From: a virus
Strand: one strand, 5' to 3'
DNA: 64,000 nt
IMG/VR virus record: IMGVR_UViG_3300020202_000062
Location: 94,929 to 158,928 of that record
Position numbers and translations under genes: made by a program. Shown here in pieces: positions 48,132 to 57,447 of the stretch (within the stretch, counting starts at the first letter, position 1; each line of letters begins with the position of its first letter). The notes beneath the pieces were generated by a model, which saw only the letters and a program-made list of their open reading frames with translations, made no database searches and was not told the origin of the DNA.

Positions 48132-51100
48132 TTATGGGTCTATCCGTATGGATTTGTCAGACGATCTAGAAATGACGCTACCTTCTCCTGATCGACCAGA
48201 CATCCTTATGTCTGAACTGCGACGAGATACTGAAGTGCTAGATGACTTACCCGTGTCAGCCTCCGTTATCACTTCAATAGTACTGTTTCTTCTTAGGATA
48301 ACTATTGTGCTAGAAACAGTCTTGATCAGTACTGTGGGTGCGTTTGCCTGTGCAGTTCCAGAGGCTGCTGTAGCCTGAACTTCCACAAGACGCTGTGTGG
48401 TTATCGTTGGAGCGTTTGATGCAGAAGTTCCAGTAGCAGTAGGAGATGAGATGCTCGTAGATGTTACCGCTGTAACTACTGGCTCATATGCGACTGCTGT
48501 TCCAGAAATAACTGGGGCTTCTATGGTCGCAGATCTAGTTATCGAAACTACAGGAGTGTGAGCGGCAGAAGTTGCGCTCGACACAGGGGCAGATACACTG
48601 CACGATCTAGTTGCCGAGACAACGGGAGTGTGTAGAGTTGCCGTTCCGGTTGACTCAGGCGGTAATAGTGTTACCGACCTTACGACTGATACAGTTGGAG
48701 ATAACGCCTGCCCGGATGCCTCTGCTGCGGGAGAACTTATGGTCGTGCTCCGCTGCGTCGTTATAGTTGGTACGCTAGATTGTCCAGTCGCGGTCGAGTT
48801 GAGTGCTTGGACTGAAACGTTCTTAACAGCCGAGACTGTAGACTCATGAGACTGAGCAGTTCCAGTTGCTGTAGTGACAGAAATAGATACGCTAATAGAG
48901 ATACTAGGCGCACTTACTTCAGTAGTTCCCGTAGATGTAGGAACGCTTACTGAAACATTTCTTACTGCCGAAATTGTAGGATTGTTTGACTGACCCGTAG
49001 CCGTAGAGGTTGGGGCGGATACTGAAGTATTCTTTACTGCTGTAATTGTGGGTGCACTAGCCTCTGCACTGCCGGTAGCCGGGGGTGCGTTGATCTGTAC
49101 AGAAGATCCAGAAACAACCGTAATCGTAGGAGCATATGCTTGAGCAGATCCGGTAGCAATTTCTCCGATTACCAATGGGGCAGCAAAGATCCAACCCGTG
49201 TTGTTAGATACGTTAGTGGAGTTCGTTGCGTAGAACTTAGCTCCACCTGTCGCCGTACAATCCCGCATCGATACATAATCAGCTACAACTCTATGTCCTG
49301 AGCACGACAGCGTGAACGCTGAACCAGCCGCAGTGGTGTTGATGGTCAACAGGTTCCCAGAGGTTCCGCTGATAGACATATTGTTGGCTGTGATCGTCTG
49401 TCCCGCCGTAACGGTGAGAGTTCTCAATCCGGCTGGATTAAGATCGAAGTTGTTGAATGTTGCACCAACAGTTATAAAAATAGTGAATGTACCACCGCCA
49501 GTATGTTCAAAATCGTTGTAGGTATGTCCGCCAAAAGATAGCGTTTTGTTTCCGCTGCCGTTATTCGTTACAGCAATTGTTGATGTTTCAGCATTGATCG
49601 TTAATCCTGTGGCTGCTGTGTTCCAGATCGTTGTAGCGCCGCTCTGACCGTGAACGGTCCACGTTCCGCTACCCATGTTGAGGGTTCTGGTCGATGTGCT
49701 TCCTGCTGAGAGTCCACCTACTCTTACATCGAAATCATTGGCGTCAAAATTTCCACTGTTGTATTGCAGAAGACCTTGACCTGTAGCGCTGAAATCCATA
49801 TCTCCCAACAGGGTGAAGGTTGCGTCCTGACTTCCCTCTACTCTCACATTTCCTTGTTGAATGTTGCTGGTGGGAGGATAGATGGTGACAGAACTTCTGG
49901 CAGCAAAGATAAATGGAGTCCAGTTGGCGGTAGAGTTCCACATCATGTATCGCATATCGCAATTGCCCATATAGTAAACTTCCCAGCCAGCAGCAGGTCT
50001 GTTCCAGAAGAGTCTGGCCGCACCCGTATATGATGACATGTCGAAATTGCGGCAGAAGAACATGGTATTTGGAGAGATACCTTTGTTTGTACTTCCGCTG
50101 AATGAGTTGTCGTCAAAGACAATATCGTCGTGGGCAAGGGGGATATCTGTTCCGGCTGATCCGCCAGAGGTCAGTGACCAGTTTGAGACGGTGTTTGAAG
50201 CCTGCGATGTTGTGGACGTGTTGATCCAGTAATAGGTACGTGACGCTGGAAAAGTGATTCCACTGTTCCCTAGAGCATCGCCCACTCTACTGCTAGACAG
50301 ATTCCATGACGCTGAGCCTGCTCCTACAATATCACGTAAATTCACATTGTTTATTGAAACAGTACCATTGCAGATAATACTTCTTTGTGTTGATAGAGTG
50401 TCGCTTTTAACGTTGATAGGCCAACTAACACTACCGCCAGACATCGTTAGAGTACCGTTGACTGTGATATCTGAGGTTAGGTTTACAACCTCTTGTTCAC
50501 TTACCGCATGACCAGTAATAGTTAAATTGTTACATGTAAAACTACCAATATTTGCTAAATTGCAATCAATCTCTAGGTTATAGATCGTAAGTCCACTAAA
50601 TCCAACAGTACGAGTTACCCCAGCAGTATTGGAGACAATAGATGTTGCAGTGCCAGCGGTTAATGTCATACCGGTTGCGCCTACGTTAATAGTTCCTGAT
50701 CCATAAAAGCGCCAGGTACCGCTACCCATATTGATTGCTCGGGTCTGAACACCAGCAGCAGAAACGTTTCCACCGCCGCCATTGAGGACACCAACAGTGA
50801 CATCGTAGATGCTAGAATTAAATGTACCCCTTGTGAGAGTGAGTGTACCAGTTACGGTTACAGCAGAATTTAGAATATAACTAGATGATGTACCAGCACT
50901 GTTGTTACTTAGGTTAACAACGCTTTTACCAGCAAAGTCTAATGTTTGTTGTGTGGCGCTAGTTGACTGAATGCTGACGGTGTTTGAGCCACCCCAAGTT
51001 AGGGTCATTCCGGATGAGAATTTAAGGGCAATGTTACTTGCCCCTGGCGTAGACGTACCAATGATCCAACCGATAGAACCAGAGGTAGAAATCGTTCCTG

Positions 51101-51308
51101 CAAAACCTGTGCAGTTAATTGATCGCATGTTGGCAGTAGCGCTAATAGTCGTTGTTCCGGTACCACTATTAGCATCGAAGAAAACATCATCTGCCACTGT
51201 AGGTACAGACTGGTTGTTAGCCCCGCCCGAAGTCGAAGCCCAATTCGTAGGCCCTGTTGCGTTCCATGCGTTTGATGAGCCTCCACCAACCCAATATCTA
51301 TTAGCCAT
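48132..51308 (-). CDS. Fibre-like protein: N-terminal beta-solenoid plus about 12 Thr/Ser/Ala-rich 24-aa repeats
   Basis: YWV..NW..TSGG..P...DD(V/I)xFDxNS module present twice; C-terminal repeats with approximate consensus ATGxAxAxAPTIT/VS. Confidence 0.7.
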   Translation of the reverse strand: MANRYWVGGGSSNAWNATGPTNWASTSGGANNQSVPTVADDVFFDANSGTGTTTISATANMRSINCTGFAGTISTSGSIGWIIGTSTPGASNIALKFSSGMTLTWGGSNTVSIQSTSATQQTLDFAGKSVVNLSNNSAGTSSSYILNSAVTVTGTLTLTRGTFNSSIYDVTVGVLNGGGGNVSAAGVQTRAINMGSGTWRFYGSGTINVGATGMTLTAGTATSIVSNTAGVTRTVGFSGLTIYNLEIDCNLANIGSFTCNNLTITGHAVSEQEVVNLTSDITVNGTLTMSGGSVSWPINVKSDTLSTQRSIICNGTVSINNVNLRDIVGAGSASWNLSSSRVGDALGNSGITFPASRTYYWINTSTTSQASNTVSNWSLTSGGSAGTDIPLAHDDIVFDDNSFSGSTNKGISPNTMFFCRNFDMSSYTGAARLFWNRPAAGWEVYYMGNCDMRYMMWNSTANWTPFIFAARSSVTIYPPTSNIQQGNVRVEGSQDATFTLLGDMDFSATGQGLLQYNSGNFDANDFDVRVGGLSAGSTSTRTLNMGSGTWTVHGQSGATTIWNTAATGLTINAETSTIAVTNNGSGNKTLSFGGHTYNDFEHTGGGTFTIFITVGATFNNFDLNPAGLRTLTVTAGQTITANNMSISGTSGNLLTINTTAAGSAFTLSCSGHRVVADYVSMRDCTATGGAKFYATNSTNVSNNTGWIFAAPLVIGEIATGSAQAYAPTITVVSGSSVQINAPPATGSAEASAPTITAVKNTSVSAPTSTATGQSNNPTISAVRNVSVSVPTSTGTTEVSAPSISISVSISVTTATGTAQSHESTVSAVKNVSVQALNSTATGQSSVPTITTQRSTTISSPAAEASGQALSPTVSVVRSVTLLPPESTGTATLHTPVVSATRSCSVSAPVSSATSAAHTPVVSITRSATIEAPVISGTAVAYEPVVTAVTSTSISSPTATGTSASNAPTITTQRLVEVQATAASGTAQANAPTVLIKTVSSTIVILRRNSTIEVITEADTGKSSSTSVSRRSSDIRMSGRSGEGSVISRSSDKSIRIDP
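48320..49160 (-). repeat. Degenerate ~72-bp (24-aa) coding tandem repeats
   Basis: For example ATGSAQAYAPTITV, ATGSAEASAPTITA, ATGQSNNPTISA, ATGQSSVPTITT, ATGTSASNAPTITT, ASGTAQANAPTVL. Boundaries approximate. Confidence 0.75.
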
Positions 51309-51465
51309 CTATATCATATCCTAAGTGAACAAAGAAATCTCGTTCTGCACCCGGCCCAACACTAAGAAAGCCACAAGTGCAGATACGACAAATTTGACCG
51401 TCCACTGTGTAGCCGGTCAAATCCTGTCGATAATGCACATCTTCCTGTGGCTCTAAGTCGCTCAA
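51301..51465 (-). CDS. Small hypothetical protein, 54 aa (below the ORF-track cutoff), CxxCxC..H motif
   Basis: GGAGG then TTG; MSDLEPQEDVHYRQDLTGYTVDGQICRICTCGFLSVGPGAERDFFVHLGYDIDG; fills the gap, and its stop overlaps the start region of the next gene. Confidence 0.6.
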   Translation of the reverse strand: MSDLEPQEDVHYRQDLTGYTVDGQICRICTCGFLSVGPGAERDFFVHLGYDIDG

Positions 51466-51477
51466 GAGGTGCCTCCG

Positions 51478-51918
51478 TTATGAGACTGTGAAGGTAAAGA
51501 TCCCGTTCGCGTGCCAAGTAATTACAAAGTTGCCCGAAGAAGACACTTCGTCCTGACCAAAGTCTACATATGCAATCAAGGGCTTAGTAGCCGCAGTTGC
51601 TGGAGTGTCATCGTATATGACAGCATATCTAGCGGTAATAGTCGAGGTGGACCATGTTACGTCGTCAGCATCAAATGTAAAGGTGTTCGAACCTGCCGTG
51701 TAGGTAAGGCTCTTGCTTGCAAGAGTTGCACCGCCTGCCGTGTAGTTTGTTCCAGTTACCTCATTGGCGCTTACGTCATTCCAATAGTCGTGGGCGTCCT
51801 GGTCTGGAGTGTATGAAGAGGTCAGAAGCGCCACCTTAATGGTGTCACTGTCTAGATCGATCTCCTTGTTGAAGGCTGATAGTATCGCCTTGCCGTATAG
51901 TTTTGCTGTGACAGCCAT
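51478..51918 (-). CDS. Small virion structural protein (fibre-base/collar type)
   Basis: 146 aa; IDLDSDTIKVAL..NEV.GTNYTAGG..FDADDVTW..ARYAVIY..LIAYVDFG pattern, familiar from phage structural modules. Confidence 0.65.
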   Translation of the reverse strand: MAVTAKLYGKAILSAFNKEIDLDSDTIKVALLTSSYTPDQDAHDYWNDVSANEVTGTNYTAGGATLASKSLTYTAGSNTFTFDADDVTWSTSTITARYAVIYDDTPATAATKPLIAYVDFGQDEVSSSGNFVITWHANGIFTFTVS

Positions 51919-51926
51919 TATGTCTC

Positions 51927-52706
51927 CTAGTTAGAAACTTCTTGTGAGATGATAATCCGATACTTGTATCCTTCTTCGAAATAATCCGAGCCTGTAGTTG
52001 CGTAGACTGGAGTATCATCCAGAGAAGGAAAATCGACGTAGACCCAAGGCTTTGTCGAATGCTTAGAAACTCTTACATCAAGAGTCTCCCAGCGAATAGG
52101 TGTTCTCTGAATCTTCTTGCGCTGCGCCTTGAAATAGGTTGAGTTAATGAACTCGGCAGAAGGGTCTTCTGAGAACTTAAGGGTCATACGTCCTTTGTTG
52201 TGGTCTGTGTCAAGTAAGTATTCACCGTGCTTTGGGTCACTACCAGTGAATGCAAACGAATCAGATCCAGCAGGATTGACCGTGTATGGGGAGGTGAAGA
52301 TCTCAGTCTTTATAGAATGATCCTCGACCATTACCGGAGTCTCGGTAGTTGGCACCTCAGATTCGTCAGGCGTTACGCTCTCGCCTATTGTGAATGTTAC
52401 TGATTCGTCTGGAATGGTGTTGCCAGCAGAATCTACTAATCCAGTGACTGTCAGTCGGTAGTCAGTATTGGCCTCTAACTTACCTTCGTTCCAGACAAGG
52501 ACTAAAACTCGTGAGATAGAACCGTAATCTGTTTGCAGATTGATTGTTTCAAACGGGTCTGAGATTGTAGTCGGTGTTGCGCCCGAGATGTCTTCGACTT
52601 CAAAGGCTGCGTTAACTAGACTCGTGATCTTTGGTGTCCTGGAGAACTTCAAAGTCACTGTCGTAACAGTGATCTTGTACTCTTGGATTAAAGTTGAATA
52701 CGCCAC
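51927..52706 (-). CDS. Ig-like head-accessory protein
   Basis: LEANTDYRLTVTGLVDSAGN..FT (Big_5-like); start placed at GTG 52706 (GAAGGGG upstream). Confidence 0.6.
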   Translation of the reverse strand: MAYSTLIQEYKITVTTVTLKFSRTPKITSLVNAAFEVEDISGATPTTISDPFETINLQTDYGSISRVLVLVWNEGKLEANTDYRLTVTGLVDSAGNTIPDESVTFTIGESVTPDESEVPTTETPVMVEDHSIKTEIFTSPYTVNPAGSDSFAFTGSDPKHGEYLLDTDHNKGRMTLKFSEDPSAEFINSTYFKAQRKKIQRTPIRWETLDVRVSKHSTKPWVYVDFPSLDDTPVYATTGSDYFEEGYKYRIIISQEVSN

Positions 52707-52734
52707 GAAGTACCCCTTCACTAACCGGTCAGGT

Positions 52735-52743
52735 ATATAGTAA
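52735..52743 (-). promoter_or_regulatory. Putative late promoter element TTACTATAT overlapping the capsid terminator U-tract
   Basis: 36 nt upstream of GTG 52706. Confidence 0.5.
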
Positions 52744-52774
52744 AAGGGGAGTCGGTTGTTACACCAACTCCCCT
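52742..52774 (-). terminator. Rho-independent terminator after the major capsid gene
   Basis: AGGGGAGTTGGT-GTAACA-ACCGACTCCCCT followed by TTT. Confidence 0.85.
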
Positions 52775-52803
52775 CTCAGTTAGTCCCCGTTAGAGGGCTT
52801 AGG

Positions 52804-53853
52804 TTATGCCATCTCGTTGGTGACCTGAACATCGTAGTTGCGTGCTAGGCGTACGCCCTTGGCAACCGTGATGCCCTCGCCGTCTCCAAGAGCGACGATA
52901 TCGTAGCGTTCCTTCATCTTTAGTGAACGGATGTCACGTGTTGGGTCATTCCACTCGTCAGTTGACAGATCGTCCTTGACTAGAAGAACTCCAACCTCGC
53001 TGCGGTCGATCAGGAAGACATCTGACTTCGCTGGGGTCCCGCCGCTCTTAGCGGTGAAGGATACGAATGGTGAAACGATTACGTTCAGACCGAGAGGAGC
53101 AGTGCTGTTTACAGCGCCTTCCTTTGAGCCTGGCTTGAAGTTCCAAGCACCACCGTAGTTAGCGCCACCTGCGTGGAATACGCTGTCCTTGAGGAACAGG
53201 CTCCACATAAGTGGGTGGAGGATGAAGTCGGTTGGGACGTGGTTCTCTGCCATTAGAGCAGCAGCCATGTCGACTACGTCATCCCAAGTTAGGGTTAGGT
53301 TAGCGGCACCATTGATATCGCGACCAGTGGTGTCATCACCTGTACCATCGTTGTTGAATACAATCGTAGCGGCTTCGCCAAAGACATCAAGAGCAATCTG
53401 CTCCTTCAGACGGGCCATGGCACGACCGGCTGCACGTACGTGTAGTCCGACGATGTCCCATAGTGAGTCAGCGATAACTTCCTCTGTGAAGGCGACCTTC
53501 ACACCCTTCTTTGAGACCTTACCCTCGATCTGCTCAGCGAATGCTAGAGCCTGCTCTGGGTATTCCTGACCTTCAGGAATCTCTGCGGCCTGGATTGCAT
53601 TGATAGCAGGGAACTGTAACGAACGACCCTTCCCAAGACGAACAGTCGAAAGGAGAGGAGTTACGAGCGCCTGTGGTTCTGCTGCTTCCTTAAGGGTACG
53701 TGAAATAACCTTAGGGAACAGGATTGGGGCATCTGGAGAAGCGAATGCTTCCTTGATAGTAACCCGGTGGTTGTCATCTAAGTAGCCATCTTCTGCTAGG
53801 GCATTCTGCCATGCTGGCAGATCCGCTAGTAACTCGGCAATTTCTTTGCTCAT
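52804..53853 (-). CDS. Major capsid protein (HK97-fold)
   Basis: 349 aa; AAEIPEGQEYPE..KKGVKVAFTEEVIADS..AGRAMARLKE; AGGAGG RBS; terminator downstream; position after protease and decoration genes. Confidence 0.92.
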   Translation of the reverse strand: MSKEIAELLADLPAWQNALAEDGYLDDNHRVTIKEAFASPDAPILFPKVISRTLKEAAEPQALVTPLLSTVRLGKGRSLQFPAINAIQAAEIPEGQEYPEQALAFAEQIEGKVSKKGVKVAFTEEVIADSLWDIVGLHVRAAGRAMARLKEQIALDVFGEAATIVFNNDGTGDDTTGRDINGAANLTLTWDDVVDMAAALMAENHVPTDFILHPLMWSLFLKDSVFHAGGANYGGAWNFKPGSKEGAVNSTAPLGLNVIVSPFVSFTAKSGGTPAKSDVFLIDRSEVGVLLVKDDLSTDEWNDPTRDIRSLKMKERYDIVALGDGEGITVAKGVRLARNYDVQVTNEMA

Positions 53854-53883
53854 CTTAGGAATTATCCTCCTGTTAAATTATTC

Positions 53884-54639
53884 TTAAAGAATTAGGTTTG
53901 CGCGGATTGCGCCGACAGCCAAGTCAACATCGAGGTTGGCGCGGATGCCTAGCTTTCCACTGTACGGACCAGTCTTGGTCAACTCGTATACATGCTTTAG
54001 TGCGCCTGGGTCAGCAGGAAGCTGCATGTATGAAAGTAGACCATCGTCGTAGTTGGTTGCGAAGTACTCGACCTCGATAACCTTGGCTACGTTTAGGTGT
54101 GCATCAGTTCCAGGGGCTGCTGCGCGAACTGGACGGCCCATGTGATCAGCGCGAAGGATGTCTCCAACCTTAACACCGTCGTTTAGGCCCTGAACCATTG
54201 GCCACTCTACGTAACCGTGGGTGATCCAGCCTGCGCCCTGTGAGGTACCCTTATCGAACATGCGATACAGGTCGTACTGAGCGCAACCAATTGGTGTTGA
54301 CTTAGCAGGAACGATAACTACATCCTCATCGCCAGTGACGTTGGTTGGAGTAGCGCCTGAATCGTAGTCAACTAGATCTGCATCGCCCCATACCTGGTTT
54401 GATGAAGTTCCGTTAGCAGGAACCAAACGAGTGTCATCAGTTGAAATCTGGATGGCACTTAGGATGGTACCCTTAGTCATTACGACCTCGAAACGATCGT
54501 CGTAATCTGAGTGATTCGTGTAAAGAGTTGGAAGACCCTCGTGTGGGTGCGCCCAAACTGCGGGAGCGATACCCTCTGAAACCACGAAACGGCCTGAACC
54601 CTGCTTGCCGAATACCTTGCGGAATGTTGCCTTTGACAT
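53884..54639 (-). CDS. Capsid decoration / minor capsid protein
   Basis: 251 aa between protease-scaffold and capsid genes; AGGAG RBS. Confidence 0.65.
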   Translation of the reverse strand: MSKATFRKVFGKQGSGRFVVSEGIAPAVWAHPHEGLPTLYTNHSDYDDRFEVVMTKGTILSAIQISTDDTRLVPANGTSSNQVWGDADLVDYDSGATPTNVTGDEDVVIVPAKSTPIGCAQYDLYRMFDKGTSQGAGWITHGYVEWPMVQGLNDGVKVGDILRADHMGRPVRAAAPGTDAHLNVAKVIEVEYFATNYDDGLLSYMQLPADPGALKHVYELTKTGPYSGKLGIRANLDVDLAVGAIRANLIL

Positions 54640-54659
54640 ACTAATAGTCTCCTATAGTT

Positions 54660-55439
54660 TTAGAATTGTAGGGAAGTTCTACCCATTAGAGCGTCGACAA
54701 GGATATCCTCAGCGACGGCCTTTGGATCAGCCGAACTCTCGCTCTCTTCAGAGTCGATAGTAACGACCTGCTCCTCGTCACCAACAACTTCGGATTGCTC
54801 CTCCATGTCGATTTCGGGAGTTACTGGAGTTGAACGCTTTGTTGGAGCCACTGAAGCAAAATCACGGATTGAATCTGCAAGTGACTGAGGCGTACGAGTT
54901 ACGTGCTCCTCGATTGCAGTCTTACGGTCTGTTGCTTCGATAACTCCTGCCGCAATCTTTGCATCTACAGCCTGCTCAGCGAGCTTCTTGTGTAGTGCCT
55001 TCTTTAGGCGGGCATTCTCTTCCTTCAGAGCCTCTACTTCTGACTTCAACTCTTCCACAAGTGGCTCAGTGACGGATTCTTCCTCTTCACTGAGTTCTGC
55101 GTCGTCAGTCTGCTCTTCGGTTTCGGTCTCTGATTCCGCTACCTCTTCTGACTCGTCAGTTGACTCGTCATCTGATTCACGGCTAACTGGTGCTCCTTCG
55201 GAAGTGTCAGGATCAACGTCTTTGTTACCTGGGGTTTCTTGCCCCTCAGGTCGTTCTCCCTCTTCTACTTCCTCGGACTCGTCAGTTGACTCTTCCTCTG
55301 TAACCTCTGCGGTCTCTTCGGTTTCATCATCTGACTCGGCTGTCTCTTCAGCCTCTTCTGCTACAGGGGTCTCTTCATCCTCTAGTCCTTCGACTACAGA
55401 AAGAATGTCATCCTGCACATCTGTATTGGCGTTTGCCAT
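54660..55439 (-). CDS. Putative nested in-frame scaffold protein (internal start)
   Basis: In-frame ATG at 55439 with GAGGAG 6 nt upstream and a TACTA motif at 55478-55482. Confidence 0.5.
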   Translation of the reverse strand: MANANTDVQDDILSVVEGLEDEETPVAEEAEETAESDDETEETAEVTEEESTDESEEVEEGERPEGQETPGNKDVDPDTSEGAPVSRESDDESTDESEEVAESETETEEQTDDAELSEEEESVTEPLVEELKSEVEALKEENARLKKALHKKLAEQAVDAKIAAGVIEATDRKTAIEEHVTRTPQSLADSIRDFASVAPTKRSTPVTPEIDMEEQSEVVGDEEQVVTIDSEESESSADPKAVAEDILVDALMGRTSLQF

Positions 55440-56291
55440 TGAGGTCTCCTCGGCTAAATCATCAGCATCTGATGAACTAGTATTATCGATATCGGCTTTT
55501 ACACCTTTTTCTGCTTCTTCTATAGCTAAAGCTGACAAAAATGCTCCCTTGAGTTTTAGATACAGGGGAGTTGCTTCTTTCTTCTTCATATTAGCCAGCG
55601 AATCCACAGTACCGGACTCTGTATACTCCACGATTCCTTCACGCCTCATATCTAGTGCAAAGAAGTGTGCTTGTGAAGATACATCTTCTGCCTCAGCCTC
55701 CGAAGCGGTGAGGATTGATCTTACAGAAGAATGACTATCTGCTGGAACGTTTACAAATGAGTATTCCTTGAAGCCGATCTTACGCATGTCCATGTGAGCG
55801 ATCTTGCCACGATATGACTTGCCGCGCCTATGTGCACAAGGTAGTCCCGTTCCTTCGTACGATGCCCAGTCCTTATTGCAGATATTGCAAACTGCCTCTT
55901 CGGCTTTGCCACCTACAGATCCAGTGAGGTATCTTTTGTCCTTTACCTTCTGGATTGCTTCTGGTGATGTAATTGCTACCTGAAGCATAACGAACGGGCG
56001 ACCGTCTGATTCCTTTGCCATACGGGCACCGATGACTCTACCTAGAGGCTCAGTGTGAACGTCGTGGTTCAGGATGATTGGCTTCTCGTAGGGAGTCGTC
56101 CAAGAGGGGAGTGATGCTTCTAACTCTGCCTCAGAGTAATGGTTGTAGTTTGAGGTTGTGCCCTCGTGAATAGCAGCGATCTCAATGATCAATCCGTGGC
56201 TCTCTGTGAACTCTGAATTTGAGAACTTTGAAAGGCTCTCTTCCACATCAGGTAAGGCCAACGTAAGTGTTTCTGAAAAATCGAATGCCAT
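54660..56291 (-). CDS. Prohead protease fused to acidic scaffold
   Basis: KPIILNHD..PLGRV..YLTGSVG..CNIC..CAH..EYSFVNVPAD, then Glu-rich linker and coiled coil. Confidence 0.85.
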   Translation of the reverse strand: MAFDFSETLTLALPDVEESLSKFSNSEFTESHGLIIEIAAIHEGTTSNYNHYSEAELEASLPSWTTPYEKPIILNHDVHTEPLGRVIGARMAKESDGRPFVMLQVAITSPEAIQKVKDKRYLTGSVGGKAEEAVCNICNKDWASYEGTGLPCAHRRGKSYRGKIAHMDMRKIGFKEYSFVNVPADSHSSVRSILTASEAEAEDVSSQAHFFALDMRREGIVEYTESGTVDSLANMKKKEATPLYLKLKGAFLSALAIEEAEKGVKADIDNTSSSDADDLAEETSMANANTDVQDDILSVVEGLEDEETPVAEEAEETAESDDETEETAEVTEEESTDESEEVEEGERPEGQETPGNKDVDPDTSEGAPVSRESDDESTDESEEVAESETETEEQTDDAELSEEEESVTEPLVEELKSEVEALKEENARLKKALHKKLAEQAVDAKIAAGVIEATDRKTAIEEHVTRTPQSLADSIRDFASVAPTKRSTPVTPEIDMEEQSEVVGDEEQVVTIDSEESESSADPKAVAEDILVDALMGRTSLQF

Positions 56292-56338
56292 GTATCACAC
56301 TCCATAAAGATAGGACGCCCTCGACGGGGCTACGTAAA

Positions 56339-56347
56339 ATATAGTAA
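56339..56347 (-). promoter_or_regulatory. Putative late promoter element TTACTATAT upstream of the protease gene
   Basis: 55 nt upstream of ATG 56291. Confidence 0.5.
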
Positions 56348-56384
56348 CCAGTGACCATTCTGAGTCACATTTTTACATGTTTAA

Positions 56385-57149
56385 CTAGGCGCGCGGATCG
56401 CCCTCGCGCTTATACTCATTCAGCATCCACTTATGCATGATGTGTGGAGTGTAGAGATTTGTAGCACAGTAGAGTTTGAATCCATGCCTAGTGCATTCGG
56501 CTGACCATCCCAAGTCTTCACCCTTAGGGTGCCATTCATACCTGACAGATTTGAAGACCTGTGGTGTCATCATTTTGGATGCCATGATGATATCTGCCTG
56601 AATGACAGATCCAATGTCATATCCATTTGGGTCACGGCGGGCGTTTCCTCCGACTTCGTTAACCCAACTCATAATACTAGGAAACGCAGTGCCCCTTGGG
56701 GTCATATATGCCAGGGTAGACACTGCGTCTCTAGTGTGCGTTAATTCAACTAAAGTAGATATAGTGTTAGGATCCCGAAGTAGTATGTCTGAATCTAAGG
56801 AAAAGTAGCGATCAGGATTGATGCAGTTTACTCTCTCCAGAAGGGAGTTTCGGAAGTTGACCATTTTATGGTACTTGGCCCAATTCCAGATTCTCTTATC
56901 TTCTGGGTGGTGGTCGTGCTTTTCGCCGCCGTCTTCTCTTACATCAAAGCAGAATACTTCTGGATGTTTTGCGTGCCATTCAAATAGTGCGTTATGTGTA
57001 GCCTTATCGTTTGGCCCTAATTCAAAGATAAATCCTAAATCAGAAAGGTCATAGTTCTGGTTCTCGATTGCGGCAAACCAATCGGGCAATATCCACTCCC
57101 TCTTATACACCGGACAACCTATTAGAACCTTAACCATGACCTTCCCCAT
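56385..57149 (-). CDS. GT-A fold (family 2-like) glycosyltransferase
   Basis: VLIGCPV..; RNSLL; DxD motif FSLDSDILL; GEDLGWS; PHIM. Confidence 0.8.
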   Translation of the reverse strand: MGKVMVKVLIGCPVYKREWILPDWFAAIENQNYDLSDLGFIFELGPNDKATHNALFEWHAKHPEVFCFDVREDGGEKHDHHPEDKRIWNWAKYHKMVNFRNSLLERVNCINPDRYFSLDSDILLRDPNTISTLVELTHTRDAVSTLAYMTPRGTAFPSIMSWVNEVGGNARRDPNGYDIGSVIQADIIMASKMMTPQVFKSVRYEWHPKGEDLGWSAECTRHGFKLYCATNLYTPHIMHKWMLNEYKREGDPRA

Positions 57150-57189
57150 AAACTAACCTTCTCCAGTATCGAATGTGGAGAAGTATTGC

Positions 57190-57447
57190 CTACAGTTTAC
57201 GAACGCCTCGGTATCTGTAAACTGCGCTTCTTGGATTATCCCACGTCAACTCATAAACATGAGACTCCATTCCCTCTTCGGGGAGAGCGGCCATAACAGG
57301 GAAACCTAATATGTCCGCTAAAATGAATTTCTCAGTGATAGGAATAATGTAGTACTCTGGCGGCGTAATCGATTGATACGCTTGATCGCCGTCTCTGGGT
57401 CCTCCCCAGAATGATAAGGTAATTAACTTACTCCCCGCTGTCTCCAT
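57190..57447 (-). CDS. Hypothetical protein (GGPxDG motif)
   Basis: 85 aa; GGAAG upstream; overlaps the 3' end of the previous gene. Confidence 0.6.
   Translation of the reverse strand: METAGSKLITLSFWGGPRDGDQAYQSITPPEYYIIPITEKFILADILGFPVMAALPEEGMESHVYELTWDNPRSAVYRYRGVRKL

Noticed and set aside
55150-55292. 17-bp direct repeat GACTCGTCAGTTGACTC
   Set aside because: Explained by a duplicated ESTDES peptide in the low-complexity scaffold linker.
54988-55734. 248-aa Ser-rich plus-strand ORF
   Set aside because: Antisense shadow of the Glu/Asp-rich scaffold codons; no RBS or independent signal.
56277-56291. Identical N-terminus MAFDF in the protease and in the fibre gene starting at 420
   Set aside because: Only five residues, different codons and no further similarity; cannot be distinguished from chance.
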